DNA of 64,000 nt from Gemmatimonadaceae bacterium. GTDB taxonomy: Bacteria; Gemmatimonadota; Gemmatimonadetes; Gemmatimonadales; Gemmatimonadaceae. This document shows, in pieces, positions 35,838-45,358 of this stretch. Numbering within the stretch: the first letter of the stretch is position 1; each line of letters begins with the position of its first letter. The position numbers were made by a program, and so were the translations under genes. The DNA is taken from NCBI GenBank assembly GCA_035525975.1, contig DATLDF010000041.1:1648-65647 (forward strand), written 5' to 3'. Under the pieces are notes generated by a model, which worked only from the letters and a program-made list of their open reading frames with translations, ran no database searches and was not told where the DNA came from.

Positions 35838-38786
35838 ATGCAGCTCATTGCATCGATCCTTCGCGACGCGCGGAAAGGCGCGGGAAAAACTCTCATCGTA
35901 TCCGGTGAAGGCGGCGTCGGAAAAACGAGAATTCTCACCGAGGCTTCGGCCAAGGCGCGCCGGGACGGCTGGAATGTAGTGACAGGTCGCGCGTATGCAG
36001 TCGAGACGGGCATTCCGTATGCCCTCTTCTCGGATGCACTGCTCCCTTTCATCAGAAGTCTGGAACCTGGAGCGCTGGCTGTCCTGACCAGGGGCGGCGC
36101 GGCCGAGCTCGCGTATCTCTTTCCGGCCCTGGGATCTTCCGGCGACCGCGAGCGAGCGGGCGCCGGAATGGATGCGTCGGACTTCAAGGCACGACTTCTC
36201 TGGAATTTCTCCCAGTTCCTCGGCCGACTCGCGGCAAAGCAGCCGCTGCTGCTCGTGCTCGAGAATCTTCAGTGGGCTGACGCATCATCCCTCGAGCTCC
36301 TGCACTTCGTCGCGAGACAGATCCCTTCCCACCCGATCGCACTTCTGGTCTCGTACAACGAGGCCGAGCGCGATGCGAATGCAGTGCTGCGAACGACGGA
36401 GCAGTCGCTGGTGAAGCTTGGCGTGGCAGACCAGAAGCGGATCGGCACTTTGTCGCACGCGGATGTCGGAACAGTTATCGAGAAGATTTTCGGGGTCGAT
36501 CCATCGAATGTGAACCAGTTCACTGCTCTTCTATATGGATGGACGCGAGGGAATGCGTTCTTTGTTGAGGAGACACTCAAGTGGTTGATCGAGTCAAAGG
36601 TTCTGCATCAGCAGGACGGTCGCTGGGTGGGATGGGATGTGGAGACACTTCAGCTCCCTCCCAACGTCCGCGATGCCGTCGGATCGCGAATTGACCGCCT
36701 GAGCCCCAAGGCTCGCGACCTCGCGAACATAGCGTCGGTGCTCGGAACGCGACTCTCCTACGATCAGGTCGCTGCAATTTCTCCGCTCGGTGAAAGCGAT
36801 CTCGCCGATGCACTCGACGAGGTTGTCACTCAACGGGTCTTCACTGAATCTGCGCCGGGCAAGCCCGCGGCATACGACTTCGCCCACCCGATTCTTCAAC
36901 AGGTTGCCTACTCGTCACTGGGAACAGCGCGCGCACGGTTGCTTCATGCCAGCGTGGCAGAGGCACTCGAGTCTTTCTATGGAAAGAGAGCGAGTGAACA
37001 TGCCGGTGAGCTGGCATTCCACTTCACCCAATCGCACACGCTGGCTCCAAAGGCGGTGATGTACCTGAGTGAGGCCGGCCGTACGGCCCTTCAGACGTAC
37101 GCAAATCGCGAAGCGGCATCATTTCTCGCGGCCGCCTTGCAACAACTCGAGCAATCCGACGAAGGCGCGGACCGCAACGAGATTCTCCTCAACCTCGCGC
37201 GGGCAAAGCAGCGTCTAGGCGAATATGACGAAGCGCTGAGCCTGTGGACCGACGCACGCGATACGGCGCGAGCGAGCAGGAACTACGCGACCCTCGCGAT
37301 GATCGAGCACCGCATGGGACTCGCCTGCTTCTGGAGCGGAAATTTTGAGGACGCTCTCGATCACTATGCGGAGGGACTTCAGGCGGGCGAAGCCGTTGAT
37401 GATCCGCCGGCGATTGCGCGCCTCCACCTCGCGAAAGGAAGCTGCCTCCAGGAAATGGGCCGGCTCGAAGCCGCAAAGGCTGAGGTCGAGCGCGCGCTTC
37501 TCGTCGGAGAGCAGACGGACAGCGATTCAATCCTCGCACGCGCTCACCGTGCGCTGATGCTTCTCTACGCGTGGACGGGTCCATGGAGCGTATCGCTCGA
37601 CCACGGACAGAAGGCCCTCAACTTCGCTGAATCAGCCCACGACTCCATGCTCGAGTGGACAGCGCATTGGGGTATGGCGCTCGTTGCAGGCCTGACTGCG
37701 AAGAGTGCGGATCTGTTGTTCCACGTTCAGGAGTGTCATCGTCTCGAGGAGCAGCTGCGATCGCCGTTGCTTCCGCTGATGACAGCTGAGCTTTCGCTCC
37801 AGCATGCGTCAGGCGTGGGAGACTGGGATGCGGGAATCGCAACGGGTGAAAGGACGATTGCGCTTGCTCGCGCACTGAGGCAACGCACGCTGCTGCCGCG
37901 CCTTCTTGTCTGGACGGGTCTCATTTACCTCTGGCGCGGTGAGCTGGAGAAGGCGCGAGCGTATCTCGAAGAAGCGTGGGATCTGTCTGGAGCCGGAACG
38001 GCAACTCCGGAGCGGATCGACGTCACGACGGTTGTTCCGGCTCACATGGGATTCGCCGCGTACCATCTGGAGACTGACAACTCGGCCGAAGCAATCCGCA
38101 TTGGTGAAGCGGGCCTCGCTCTCGCCGACAAGCTTGGTTACGTCGCGTGGTCGTTGCAGTGGATTCTGCCCGTCGTTGGCGAAGCCGCGCTCTGGATCAG
38201 GGATTTTGAAAGAGCCGAACGACACTCGAAGCGAATGCGACGGGATGCGGAGAGACTGGGCCATAAGCTTGGACTCGCCATGGCCGATGCGTGCGATGGC
38301 ATGCTCGCCCTGTTTCGCGACGGGAATCCAAAAGAGGCGATACCTCTTCTCCGGACATCTGTCGAACAGCTGGAGGCATTGCCCATGCCTGACGTCGCAT
38401 CACGCGTCCGTCGTGTACTGGCCGAGGCACTCAGGGACGGGGGCGACAGGGAAGGGGCGATGCGTGAGTTTCGTGCAGCCCACGAAGTCTTCGCTCGGCT
38501 CGGCGCGCAGATCGAGCTCGATGCCGTGCGAAATCAAATTCGAGAGCTCGGCGCGCGTCCGCCGAGTCGTACGGTCGCCTCCGGGATGGCCGGCCTTACA
38601 GGCCGGGAGCTGGAAATTGCCCGGATGGTCGCACGGCGCAAATCGAACAAGGAGATTGGTTCGGCACTCGACATATCGTCCCGGACGGTGAGCACGCACC
38701 TGTCCAACATCTTCGGGAAGGTCGGGGTTGGGTCGCGGGGCGAGCTTGTCGACTATGTTCGCGCGAACGCCATGGACGACGAGTGA
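35838..38786 (+). CDS. Large AAA-ATPase/TPR/LuxR transcriptional regulator (true start probably upstream, see findings)
   Basis: GEGGVGKT Walker A, ENLQWAD, TRGNAFF, YDFAH, C-terminal LTGRELEI..SNKEIG..TVSTHLSNI HTH. Confidence 0.9.
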   Translation: MQLIASILRDARKGAGKTLIVSGEGGVGKTRILTEASAKARRDGWNVVTGRAYAVETGIPYALFSDALLPFIRSLEPGALAVLTRGGAAELAYLFPALGSSGDRERAGAGMDASDFKARLLWNFSQFLGRLAAKQPLLLVLENLQWADASSLELLHFVARQIPSHPIALLVSYNEAERDANAVLRTTEQSLVKLGVADQKRIGTLSHADVGTVIEKIFGVDPSNVNQFTALLYGWTRGNAFFVEETLKWLIESKVLHQQDGRWVGWDVETLQLPPNVRDAVGSRIDRLSPKARDLANIASVLGTRLSYDQVAAISPLGESDLADALDEVVTQRVFTESAPGKPAAYDFAHPILQQVAYSSLGTARARLLHASVAEALESFYGKRASEHAGELAFHFTQSHTLAPKAVMYLSEAGRTALQTYANREAASFLAAALQQLEQSDEGADRNEILLNLARAKQRLGEYDEALSLWTDARDTARASRNYATLAMIEHRMGLACFWSGNFEDALDHYAEGLQAGEAVDDPPAIARLHLAKGSCLQEMGRLEAAKAEVERALLVGEQTDSDSILARAHRALMLLYAWTGPWSVSLDHGQKALNFAESAHDSMLEWTAHWGMALVAGLTAKSADLLFHVQECHRLEEQLRSPLLPLMTAELSLQHASGVGDWDAGIATGERTIALARALRQRTLLPRLLVWTGLIYLWRGELEKARAYLEEAWDLSGAGTATPERIDVTTVVPAHMGFAAYHLETDNSAEAIRIGEAGLALADKLGYVAWSLQWILPVVGEAALWIRDFERAERHSKRMRRDAERLGHKLGLAMADACDGMLALFRDGNPKEAIPLLRTSVEQLEALPMPDVASRVRRVLAEALRDGGDREGAMREFRAAHEVFARLGAQIELDAVRNQIRELGARPPSRTVASGMAGLTGRELEIARMVARRKSNKEIGSALDISSRTVSTHLSNIFGKVGVGSRGELVDYVRANAMDDE

Positions 38787-38803
38787 CTACGTATGCCTAC
38801 GTA
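38787..38803 (+). promoter_or_regulatory. CTACGTA direct repeat, candidate regulator-binding site
   Basis: CTACGTA-TGC-CTACGTA directly after the regulator stop; same heptamer repeated upstream of the biosynthetic operon. Confidence 0.5.
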
Positions 38804-38873
38804 TTTGTTGGACTTCCCTGTTCTGGCAGACTTCTCCGTGTCCTCGCAACGCTTCTCTAACGGAGTTAGCCAA

Positions 38874-39458
38874 ATGTCAAACAAGAGCCGTCGTTTCCCT
38901 TTTTCCCGTGCGCTCAGCCAGCTGCTCCGCACCCTCCTGCCTGCCGCCGCCCTCGCCTTCTCGACCAACGTCGCCAGTGCGCAAGACGACGGTCGTGTTG
39001 CAGAAGGATCGAGGGTCAGGATCTCGGTGCCGGGCTCGAAGAAGGTTACCGGCATCGTCAAATCCCGGACTGCCGATTCCACGACGATCTTCGTTGAGGG
39101 ATATGCCGGCACGCAGCGTTACCTGAATACCGACATCACTGGGCTTCAGATAAGCCGCGGCAAATCGATGATGGCGGGCGCCAGGAAGGGAGTTATCTGG
39201 GGTGGCGGCTTCGGCGCCGTCCTCGCCCTCGCCGTTCTCGCGACTCCAGAAGATGAATACTATGCAGACCCGGTTTACTCAAACCGGGTCATTGCCACCC
39301 AGACCTTCCTCGGGTCTCTCCTGTGGGGAGCTGGTATCGGAGCCCTCGTCAGATCTGAACAGTGGGATACAATTCCGGTTCGACCGCGATTTGCAGTGTC
39401 TCCGTCATCAGGCAGCGTAGGAGTGTCGGTCGCCTTTAGCCCGTCCTTCCTCCACTAA
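38874..39458 (+). CDS. Hypothetical exported/membrane protein
   Basis: Signal peptide (ASA-Q), beta-rich N-domain, two Gly-rich hydrophobic helices. Confidence 0.6.
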   Translation: MSNKSRRFPFSRALSQLLRTLLPAAALAFSTNVASAQDDGRVAEGSRVRISVPGSKKVTGIVKSRTADSTTIFVEGYAGTQRYLNTDITGLQISRGKSMMAGARKGVIWGGGFGAVLALAVLATPEDEYYADPVYSNRVIATQTFLGSLLWGAGIGALVRSEQWDTIPVRPRFAVSPSSGSVGVSVAFSPSFLH

Positions 39459-41744
39459 CGTCCGGGAAGACCGCTCGCCGGGCCACCAGTTCCAGCGCCC
39501 GGCGAGCTTGAACAGTGCAGGACCGATCGCGACTCTCACTATCGTCGCATCGATGAGCACCGCAACGGCAAGTGCGAACCCCAAAATCTTCACGATTACG
39601 AAATCACCCAGGGTGAAACCGGCGAAGACTACAATCATTATCGCCGCTGCACTCGTGATCAGGCCGCCCGTTTTTGCCAGGCCCTCGGCGATAGCTTCGC
39701 TGTCGTCCGCCCCGCTGCGGCGTGCTTCTGCCACTCGTGCGACAAGGAAGACTTCGTAGTCCATGCTCAGGCCGAACACGACGCAAAAGACCATTAGCGG
39801 GATCGCGCTGAATGTTCCGTCGAGTGGTGCGGACAAACCGAGCAGGCGAATTCCAACTCCATCCTGGAAGACGAGCACCACCGCTCCAAACGCGGCGGCG
39901 ACAGATAGCAGATTGAGCGCAACTGCCTTCAAAGCAATGAGCGCCGACCGGAACCCTATTAAAAGGGCGACCATTGTGACGACCACAACGTAGAGCACGA
40001 CGTTCCAGAACCGGCCGGTGGTCGCGGCGGCGTAATCGACATTGAGGGCCGGCAGACCACCGACGTCGAGTTTCACTCCGGCCAGTCCGGTGATCGATTC
40101 TGGCGATCTTGACCTGATCTCACGAACCAGGTCCATCGCCCCGTGCTGGGATGCATCCTCCGTCGGCATCAGCTCGATCAGCGCGGAGTGCCCATCGTTA
40201 CTGGCAAGTGCGCCCCTGAGTGACGCCGGCATTGCCATCAGAACCTGCAGGTTCGGTGATACCAGGCCCGTCACGGACGGCAGTGAGCGAACCCGCGCGA
40301 CCCGCTTGTCAATTGCGAATCTGTCACCGGCTCGCTTAAGCGCCTGCCAGCCGGAGGGAGAATCCCACGGACTGTCTTCAGGAAGCTGCACGACAATCCT
40401 GATCGCGTTCACTATTCCACTTCGCTGCGAATCGCGAAGCGTTCTAAGCCCGACAGCGGACTCCATTTTCGCAGGAAGCCAGTCGCCCCGCGGCAGATCG
40501 GTGTTGAGTCGGGTCGCCTGAAGGGCGAGAGCGGTTATCGGAATCCCGGCGACGATCAGCACCATCACTGGATGCGCACACACAAAACGTCCCCACCTCC
40601 GCCAGCGCTCGGATCCGGTTCCAGCGTCTTTTCTTCGAACCCTCAGCCAGTTCACCTTGTGACCCAGCACCGCGAGCATCGCCGGGAGAAGTGTTACAGC
40701 AAGGAGCACCGCCATCAGAATGACGAGCAGTCCGCCAACGGCGAGCGACTTGAGCTCATTGACAGGAATGACTGTCAATGCAGCAAACCCGATGCAGACA
40801 CTCGCGCCGGAAAGAATGATCGTGTGACCGGCCTGATCGCCCGCGTCGATCGCGGCATCTCGCGATGGCAGGCCTGAAAAAAGACCTTCGCGAAAACGTC
40901 CGACCACTAGCAATGCGTAATCGATCCCGAGGCCGAGGCCGAGCATGGTCACAACGTTCTGAAGTAGAATCGACAGTGGGAACCGCGCGCTGATCACGAC
41001 AGCGGCACCGAGAGCGAGGGAGATTGCGAATCCCCCTGCAACAAGGGGAAGCAACGATGCTGCAACAGCGCCAAACGCGACGACGAGCAGGAGGAGCGTG
41101 ATCGGCAAGACGCGCTTCTCGGCGTTCTGTGCATCCGATGCGCTGGCCAGACGAAGATCGTGATTGAGCGCAATCTCCCCCGTCCAGGTGTATGTCACTC
41201 GCCCATAACTCGGAAACCGGACGTTACCCGGTGCCGGGTCACCATGATCGGGTAACAGTTCCCGGTTGCCGGTTACCTGATATCTGGCACCGTCGGTCTC
41301 CGCTGTGAGATTCCGGAGCCTAGGAATGAGTTTGTCCGGCCGCTCGGTTCCGGGCTTGAGCCCGACAACCATAAACGTTGTCCCAGCCTTCCCGACGAAG
41401 AGAGTGTCGGGCGCATCCAGATAAGAAAACGTTCCAGAGACGAATGGCTGCGTCTCGAGCTTGTCCCGAACAGTCTTTAGAAACTCGATTCCGCGAGCGG
41501 TTCTCGGATCGGGTGCTCCGGACATGACAAGGACCGCGTACTGTGCGATGCCAGACGTGAACCGCTCGGCCAGAAGCTTCTCGACCCTCGCCGATTCACT
41601 TCCCTTGATCGTGGCAGCAACTTCGAGTCTCTGTTCGACCTTTGATGCCATCGGCATCAGCACGGCCGCCAGAATCACCCAGAACCCAATTACCCACTTC
41701 CTGTAATCGACGACGATGCTCGCAAAACGCCGGGTGAGCGTCAT
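39408..41744 (-). CDS. MMPL/RND-family lipid exporter
   Basis: GLGLGIDYAL, FGLSMDYEVF, DATIVR, G.WNWW; 2x6 TM. Confidence 0.9.
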   Translation of the reverse strand: MTLTRRFASIVVDYRKWVIGFWVILAAVLMPMASKVEQRLEVAATIKGSESARVEKLLAERFTSGIAQYAVLVMSGAPDPRTARGIEFLKTVRDKLETQPFVSGTFSYLDAPDTLFVGKAGTTFMVVGLKPGTERPDKLIPRLRNLTAETDGARYQVTGNRELLPDHGDPAPGNVRFPSYGRVTYTWTGEIALNHDLRLASASDAQNAEKRVLPITLLLLVVAFGAVAASLLPLVAGGFAISLALGAAVVISARFPLSILLQNVVTMLGLGLGIDYALLVVGRFREGLFSGLPSRDAAIDAGDQAGHTIILSGASVCIGFAALTVIPVNELKSLAVGGLLVILMAVLLAVTLLPAMLAVLGHKVNWLRVRRKDAGTGSERWRRWGRFVCAHPVMVLIVAGIPITALALQATRLNTDLPRGDWLPAKMESAVGLRTLRDSQRSGIVNAIRIVVQLPEDSPWDSPSGWQALKRAGDRFAIDKRVARVRSLPSVTGLVSPNLQVLMAMPASLRGALASNDGHSALIELMPTEDASQHGAMDLVREIRSRSPESITGLAGVKLDVGGLPALNVDYAAATTGRFWNVVLYVVVVTMVALLIGFRSALIALKAVALNLLSVAAAFGAVVLVFQDGVGIRLLGLSAPLDGTFSAIPLMVFCVVFGLSMDYEVFLVARVAEARRSGADDSEAIAEGLAKTGGLITSAAAIMIVVFAGFTLGDFVIVKILGFALAVAVLIDATIVRVAIGPALFKLAGRWNWWPGERSSRTLVEEGRAKGDRHSYAA

Positions 41745-42883
41745 ACGAGCGCGATCTCGTAGTGGAGGGGACGGCTGCGCAGCATGTCGAGGTCAAGCGG
41801 CACGGAGCCGCGCGTGGATACGTACGCGCCAATATCGGTTGACTGACCGAACAATCCGCTGGTCGCGATACTCAATGGATCGACGATGTCGAGCCCGACA
41901 TTGAAGAACGCAAAGCCAGTGTTTCTCAGCTGGTTGTGCGCCGCAATGAGCAGAGAATGCAGGATTTCCGGCGTTTCGCCTGGAACGCAGACGTGCACGG
42001 CAGTCTGGTACCTCATCTGCTCACCCGGAGCGGCCAGGCGTGCACCCCCGAACCGAGGCGCAATGATATTGTTGAGGGCCGCGACGATGGACATCTGACG
42101 CGAGTAACGCTCGACGTACATCTGCTTGAATGAGCTCTGATCCCAGAGTGCGACAAAGCCGACCACCTCGCCGGCGCACGATCGGGCGACGAGGTACGAC
42201 GAAATATCGAGCCCCGGCGCGAGGCGAATCCAGTCAGCCAGAGAGTTTGAATCGAAGATCGGCCCGAACTGTCGCGACGGTGAAACGCGCGACCACAGCC
42301 GGACCATCTGGTCGAGATCCCGCCACCTGGCCCGTTCAATTTTCACAGTTGAATGATCGTTCAACTGCCTTTTCCATAGGACTGGAATGGAATGAGAGCG
42401 AATCGTCGCAATCCAGTCGAATGCGGGTACTCCGCGGGGACCTGGAAGGCGTTTTTCCATCGGACGATTGCCTGCAAGCACGGTGACGAGAGTCGGCGTT
42501 CCGCTTGCAAGCTGGTCCATCTGCCCGCCAGCGAAATTGCACAGCGAATCTGCAGTCACTGTGTTCCGACAGCGCGGATGCACCTTCAGATCGCCGACAT
42601 AACCTGTTCGCATCCGTTGCCCATTGATATAGGCATCGCGAAAGATCGTCGCGATGCATCCGGCGAGGCGATCTGATGCATCGACCACCCAGACGCGCGA
42701 GTCAAGCCCTTCCAGGCGGTTGAGCGCGAAAAAATCCGGCTGTCGCTCAATTCTCAATGAAATGTCGCCGCGCATCGAACATGACGCCGCGAGTGAGAGC
42801 AATTCACAATTGTCCACTGCGGTCGCTTCTCGAACGAGGGTGAATGGAGCGAGCAGCGGTGACTTCCGCGCGGGCAAGCTCAT
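41741..42883 (-). CDS. Tandem-GNAT-fold N-acyltransferase
   Basis: RQPDFF, GYVGDLKVHPRCR, GNRPM; ATGA-coupled on both sides. Confidence 0.65.
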   Translation of the reverse strand: MSLPARKSPLLAPFTLVREATAVDNCELLSLAASCSMRGDISLRIERQPDFFALNRLEGLDSRVWVVDASDRLAGCIATIFRDAYINGQRMRTGYVGDLKVHPRCRNTVTADSLCNFAGGQMDQLASGTPTLVTVLAGNRPMEKRLPGPRGVPAFDWIATIRSHSIPVLWKRQLNDHSTVKIERARWRDLDQMVRLWSRVSPSRQFGPIFDSNSLADWIRLAPGLDISSYLVARSCAGEVVGFVALWDQSSFKQMYVERYSRQMSIVAALNNIIAPRFGGARLAAPGEQMRYQTAVHVCVPGETPEILHSLLIAAHNQLRNTGFAFFNVGLDIVDPLSIATSGLFGQSTDIGAYVSTRGSVPLDLDMLRSRPLHYEIALV

Positions 42884-44061
42884 CGTGGCTTCTCGATTCG
42901 GCAGATAGCGATTCGTGCCTGGACGCAACTCCGGTCTTTCGAGATCGCTTTGACTCCCGCTTCGCGATCTTCACGCACTCTGTCGCGAAGTCGCTCAGGA
43001 ACTTCGGTGTGCCCCACGAAATTACGGAAGACGAGCCGAGCGCCTGGCTTGGCAACGCGAACAACTTCCTCGAAGAGTGCCTCGATGGCGAAATCATCCA
43101 TCCACTCGCAGATGTTCGACAGGGCAAAGCCGTCGACGGAGCTGGTGGCGCTCAATCTCAGGTAGTCTTCGTAACGCCCGTCGACTATCTCGAGCGATTG
43201 CGCGATCTCATCCAGTGATGGATCCCAGGCCGGATCGAGATAAGGTGGAATCCCGCCATCACGCAGCACCGGATACCGGCCGGTCAGCATGTAATGAAGG
43301 AAGTAATTGGTCGCCGCCGGCACTTCACAGATCGCGTGCTCGAACAAGCGATGGAAGTGCTTCGCAAAGCTCGGGTTCTCTACCTTCGCGAAGAACGCCG
43401 GGTCGTACGTTTTGTTGAAGGTCAGGCGATTGACGAGCAGGGAAAACAGCGCTCGCCAGCGACGGCTGTTCCATTCCTCGTGATACAACTGCCGCTGCTC
43501 GTCGATCGACCGGCACGCGAGGAGGCGATCGATGCGGGAGCGCGGGTGTACGCCTGCGAGAATCACGCGCGCGAGGATGCGAATGAACCCCTCGCTCGCG
43601 CCGGCTCCCAGCACGCCGTTCTCAATCAGGTCACCATGAGCGTCCCAGTATCTCACCGCCTCGATCGACAGGTTTTGACGCAGCGTCCAGTAGATCCGCG
43701 CCCTCCGCCTCCCTTCCATCGGCTCGGCGCCGAGAAATCCCTGGTATTCCCATGGCGACACAATTCCGAGCGACACCGCTTTCAACTCGGTGAGATGATT
43801 CTGGGTCCTGTTGAGGTCGACGGCCGCGACGTGACCGGCGCCGGCCGAAACCATCGACAGGGCAGTACAGCCACCTGACCCGACGACGACGTACTTCCCG
43901 CCGCTGCGAACCGTTAGCGCATCGATCTCGAGAAGCGGATCCTCGCGCACCTGTGCGAACAGCAGGCGATCGTCGACAGCGCCCTCGAGCGACCGGCGAC
44001 GGACAGTGTCACGAGGGGTCGCCGGTGCCGCCTTGCTGCGCGGAGCCGGTGAGGCCGTCAC
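42880..44061 (-). CDS. BtaA/DUF3419-family SAM-dependent 3-amino-3-carboxypropyl transferase
   Basis: FAQVREDP..E, SGGCTAL, VDLNRTQNHLTELK, NYF, LSNICEW; GTG start overlaps upstream stop. Confidence 0.78.
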   Translation of the reverse strand: MTASPAPRSKAAPATPRDTVRRRSLEGAVDDRLLFAQVREDPLLEIDALTVRSGGKYVVVGSGGCTALSMVSAGAGHVAAVDLNRTQNHLTELKAVSLGIVSPWEYQGFLGAEPMEGRRRARIYWTLRQNLSIEAVRYWDAHGDLIENGVLGAGASEGFIRILARVILAGVHPRSRIDRLLACRSIDEQRQLYHEEWNSRRWRALFSLLVNRLTFNKTYDPAFFAKVENPSFAKHFHRLFEHAICEVPAATNYFLHYMLTGRYPVLRDGGIPPYLDPAWDPSLDEIAQSLEIVDGRYEDYLRLSATSSVDGFALSNICEWMDDFAIEALFEEVVRVAKPGARLVFRNFVGHTEVPERLRDRVREDREAGVKAISKDRSCVQARIAICRIEKPR

Positions 44062-44612
44062 GCTGCGCTCCGAAATCCGTATTCGACGGAAAGTGTGTCG
44101 TAGACGCGCTGGTCGGCTACCTGATACCGGCGGATGACATCGGCGACTTCCTTGCCCCTGAGACGGGACTGGTCGTCGAGCCAGTGCTTCACCCATGAGA
44201 GGTGACCACGCTCTTCCTCGATCATGCGCTGAAGCGTCTTCGTAACTTCAGGATGAACGCCCGGACGCCGGAGATGCAGCATGAAGTGGCGGTAAACGCG
44301 CCGTTCGAAAACCTGCGTGAGCGCGAGCACTTCCAGGAGCGTGAGCGGAGTGCCAACGATCTCGACATAGCGATTCTGATACGTGTCGCGAACCGGGGTC
44401 GGCTTGCCGCCAACTGCGACGATCGTCTCAGTCCACAACAGCGCGTGCATCACCTCTTCCGCGCTGTGACGCGTGAGCCGCATGATCAGCTCGGCGTCAC
44501 GCGTCCGCCGAACCATCTGACCGAGTATGAGCCCGCCGTGCAGCTCTGACGCCCGATAGAAGTTGAGAAGCGAAACTTCGTTGTTGTCGACCAACATGTT
44601 GCCTCCGGTCAT
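44058..44612 (-). CDS. Ferritin-like diiron protein (alternative start 44597)
   Basis: E (ASELHG), EExxH (EEVMH), E (VFERR), EExxH (EERGH). Confidence 0.75.
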   Translation of the reverse strand: MTGGNMLVDNNEVSLLNFYRASELHGGLILGQMVRRTRDAELIMRLTRHSAEEVMHALLWTETIVAVGGKPTPVRDTYQNRYVEIVGTPLTLLEVLALTQVFERRVYRHFMLHLRRPGVHPEVTKTLQRMIEEERGHLSWVKHWLDDQSRLRGKEVADVIRRYQVADQRVYDTLSVEYGFRSAA

Positions 44613-45358
44613 AGACCGCTCTTGATGTGATCTACCAGCCGAACTCCGCACAGCCGCTCGATGCGGCGCGCGAACGTCTGAATGGCGATTGGGTCGCCGG
44701 GCTGTGCGACCGGGACGGTTCCTACTGCCTGTTCGCCGAAATGGCGGAAATGCAGGGCGGCTTCGAGAACGCGCGGAATAACCGCTCTGTCGGCGCCGAT
44801 ACGCTTTGCGATGAGGTCCGACGCGCTCTGTGCGTGTCTGACTTCGTCGACGGATATCCTGGAGAGAAGATCAGACAGCACGGGCTCGGTGCTCTGCTCC
44901 CCCAATCGGCGGAAAAAGTAGTGAGCGAGATGCTCCGAGAGCATGAACTCGACGAGCCGCTCGACGAGATCTTCTTCACCGACTTCAACGTCTTCCTGCC
45001 CTCGACGCAGCTCGACGAGCTCGGCGTCTGTAATCGGCCGGTCGTAGTCGATTGCCTCGAGGTACATCCGCAACGCATGGAAGTGCTTGAACCCTTCGTA
45101 GAGCTCGAGCGAAAACACCACCGATGCATCAATGTCGTCCCAGGTTGCCTTGAGAAGTCGAGAGAGGTTCACCGGGTGGTACGACTCGATAAGCGCCGCA
45201 TCGCGAAGCGACGCGAGAATCCCGGGGCGCTCAAATGCGCGCCGGCGATCGATCGCTTTCCAGTTGATGTCACGCTCGACTGACCACGCGCCGCGGTCTG
45301 CGGCAGTCGCCGCCCTTTCGTAGAGGCGGCGGCCATGCCTTTCTGGTGTGGCGATCAT
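44609..45358 (-). CDS. Ferritin-like diiron oxidase/oxygenase (desaturase/AurF-like fold)
   Basis: WSVERDINW, LIESY, EGFKH, LSE, DEVRH. Confidence 0.75.
   Translation of the reverse strand: MIATPERHGRRLYERAATAADRGAWSVERDINWKAIDRRRAFERPGILASLRDAALIESYHPVNLSRLLKATWDDIDASVVFSLELYEGFKHFHALRMYLEAIDYDRPITDAELVELRRGQEDVEVGEEDLVERLVEFMLSEHLAHYFFRRLGEQSTEPVLSDLLSRISVDEVRHAQSASDLIAKRIGADRAVIPRVLEAALHFRHFGEQAVGTVPVAQPGDPIAIQTFARRIERLCGVRLVDHIKSGL

Noticed and set aside
39408-39458. 51-bp 3' overlap of convergent genes as antisense regulation
   Set aside because: Short tail overlaps are common in GC-rich genomes; no further support
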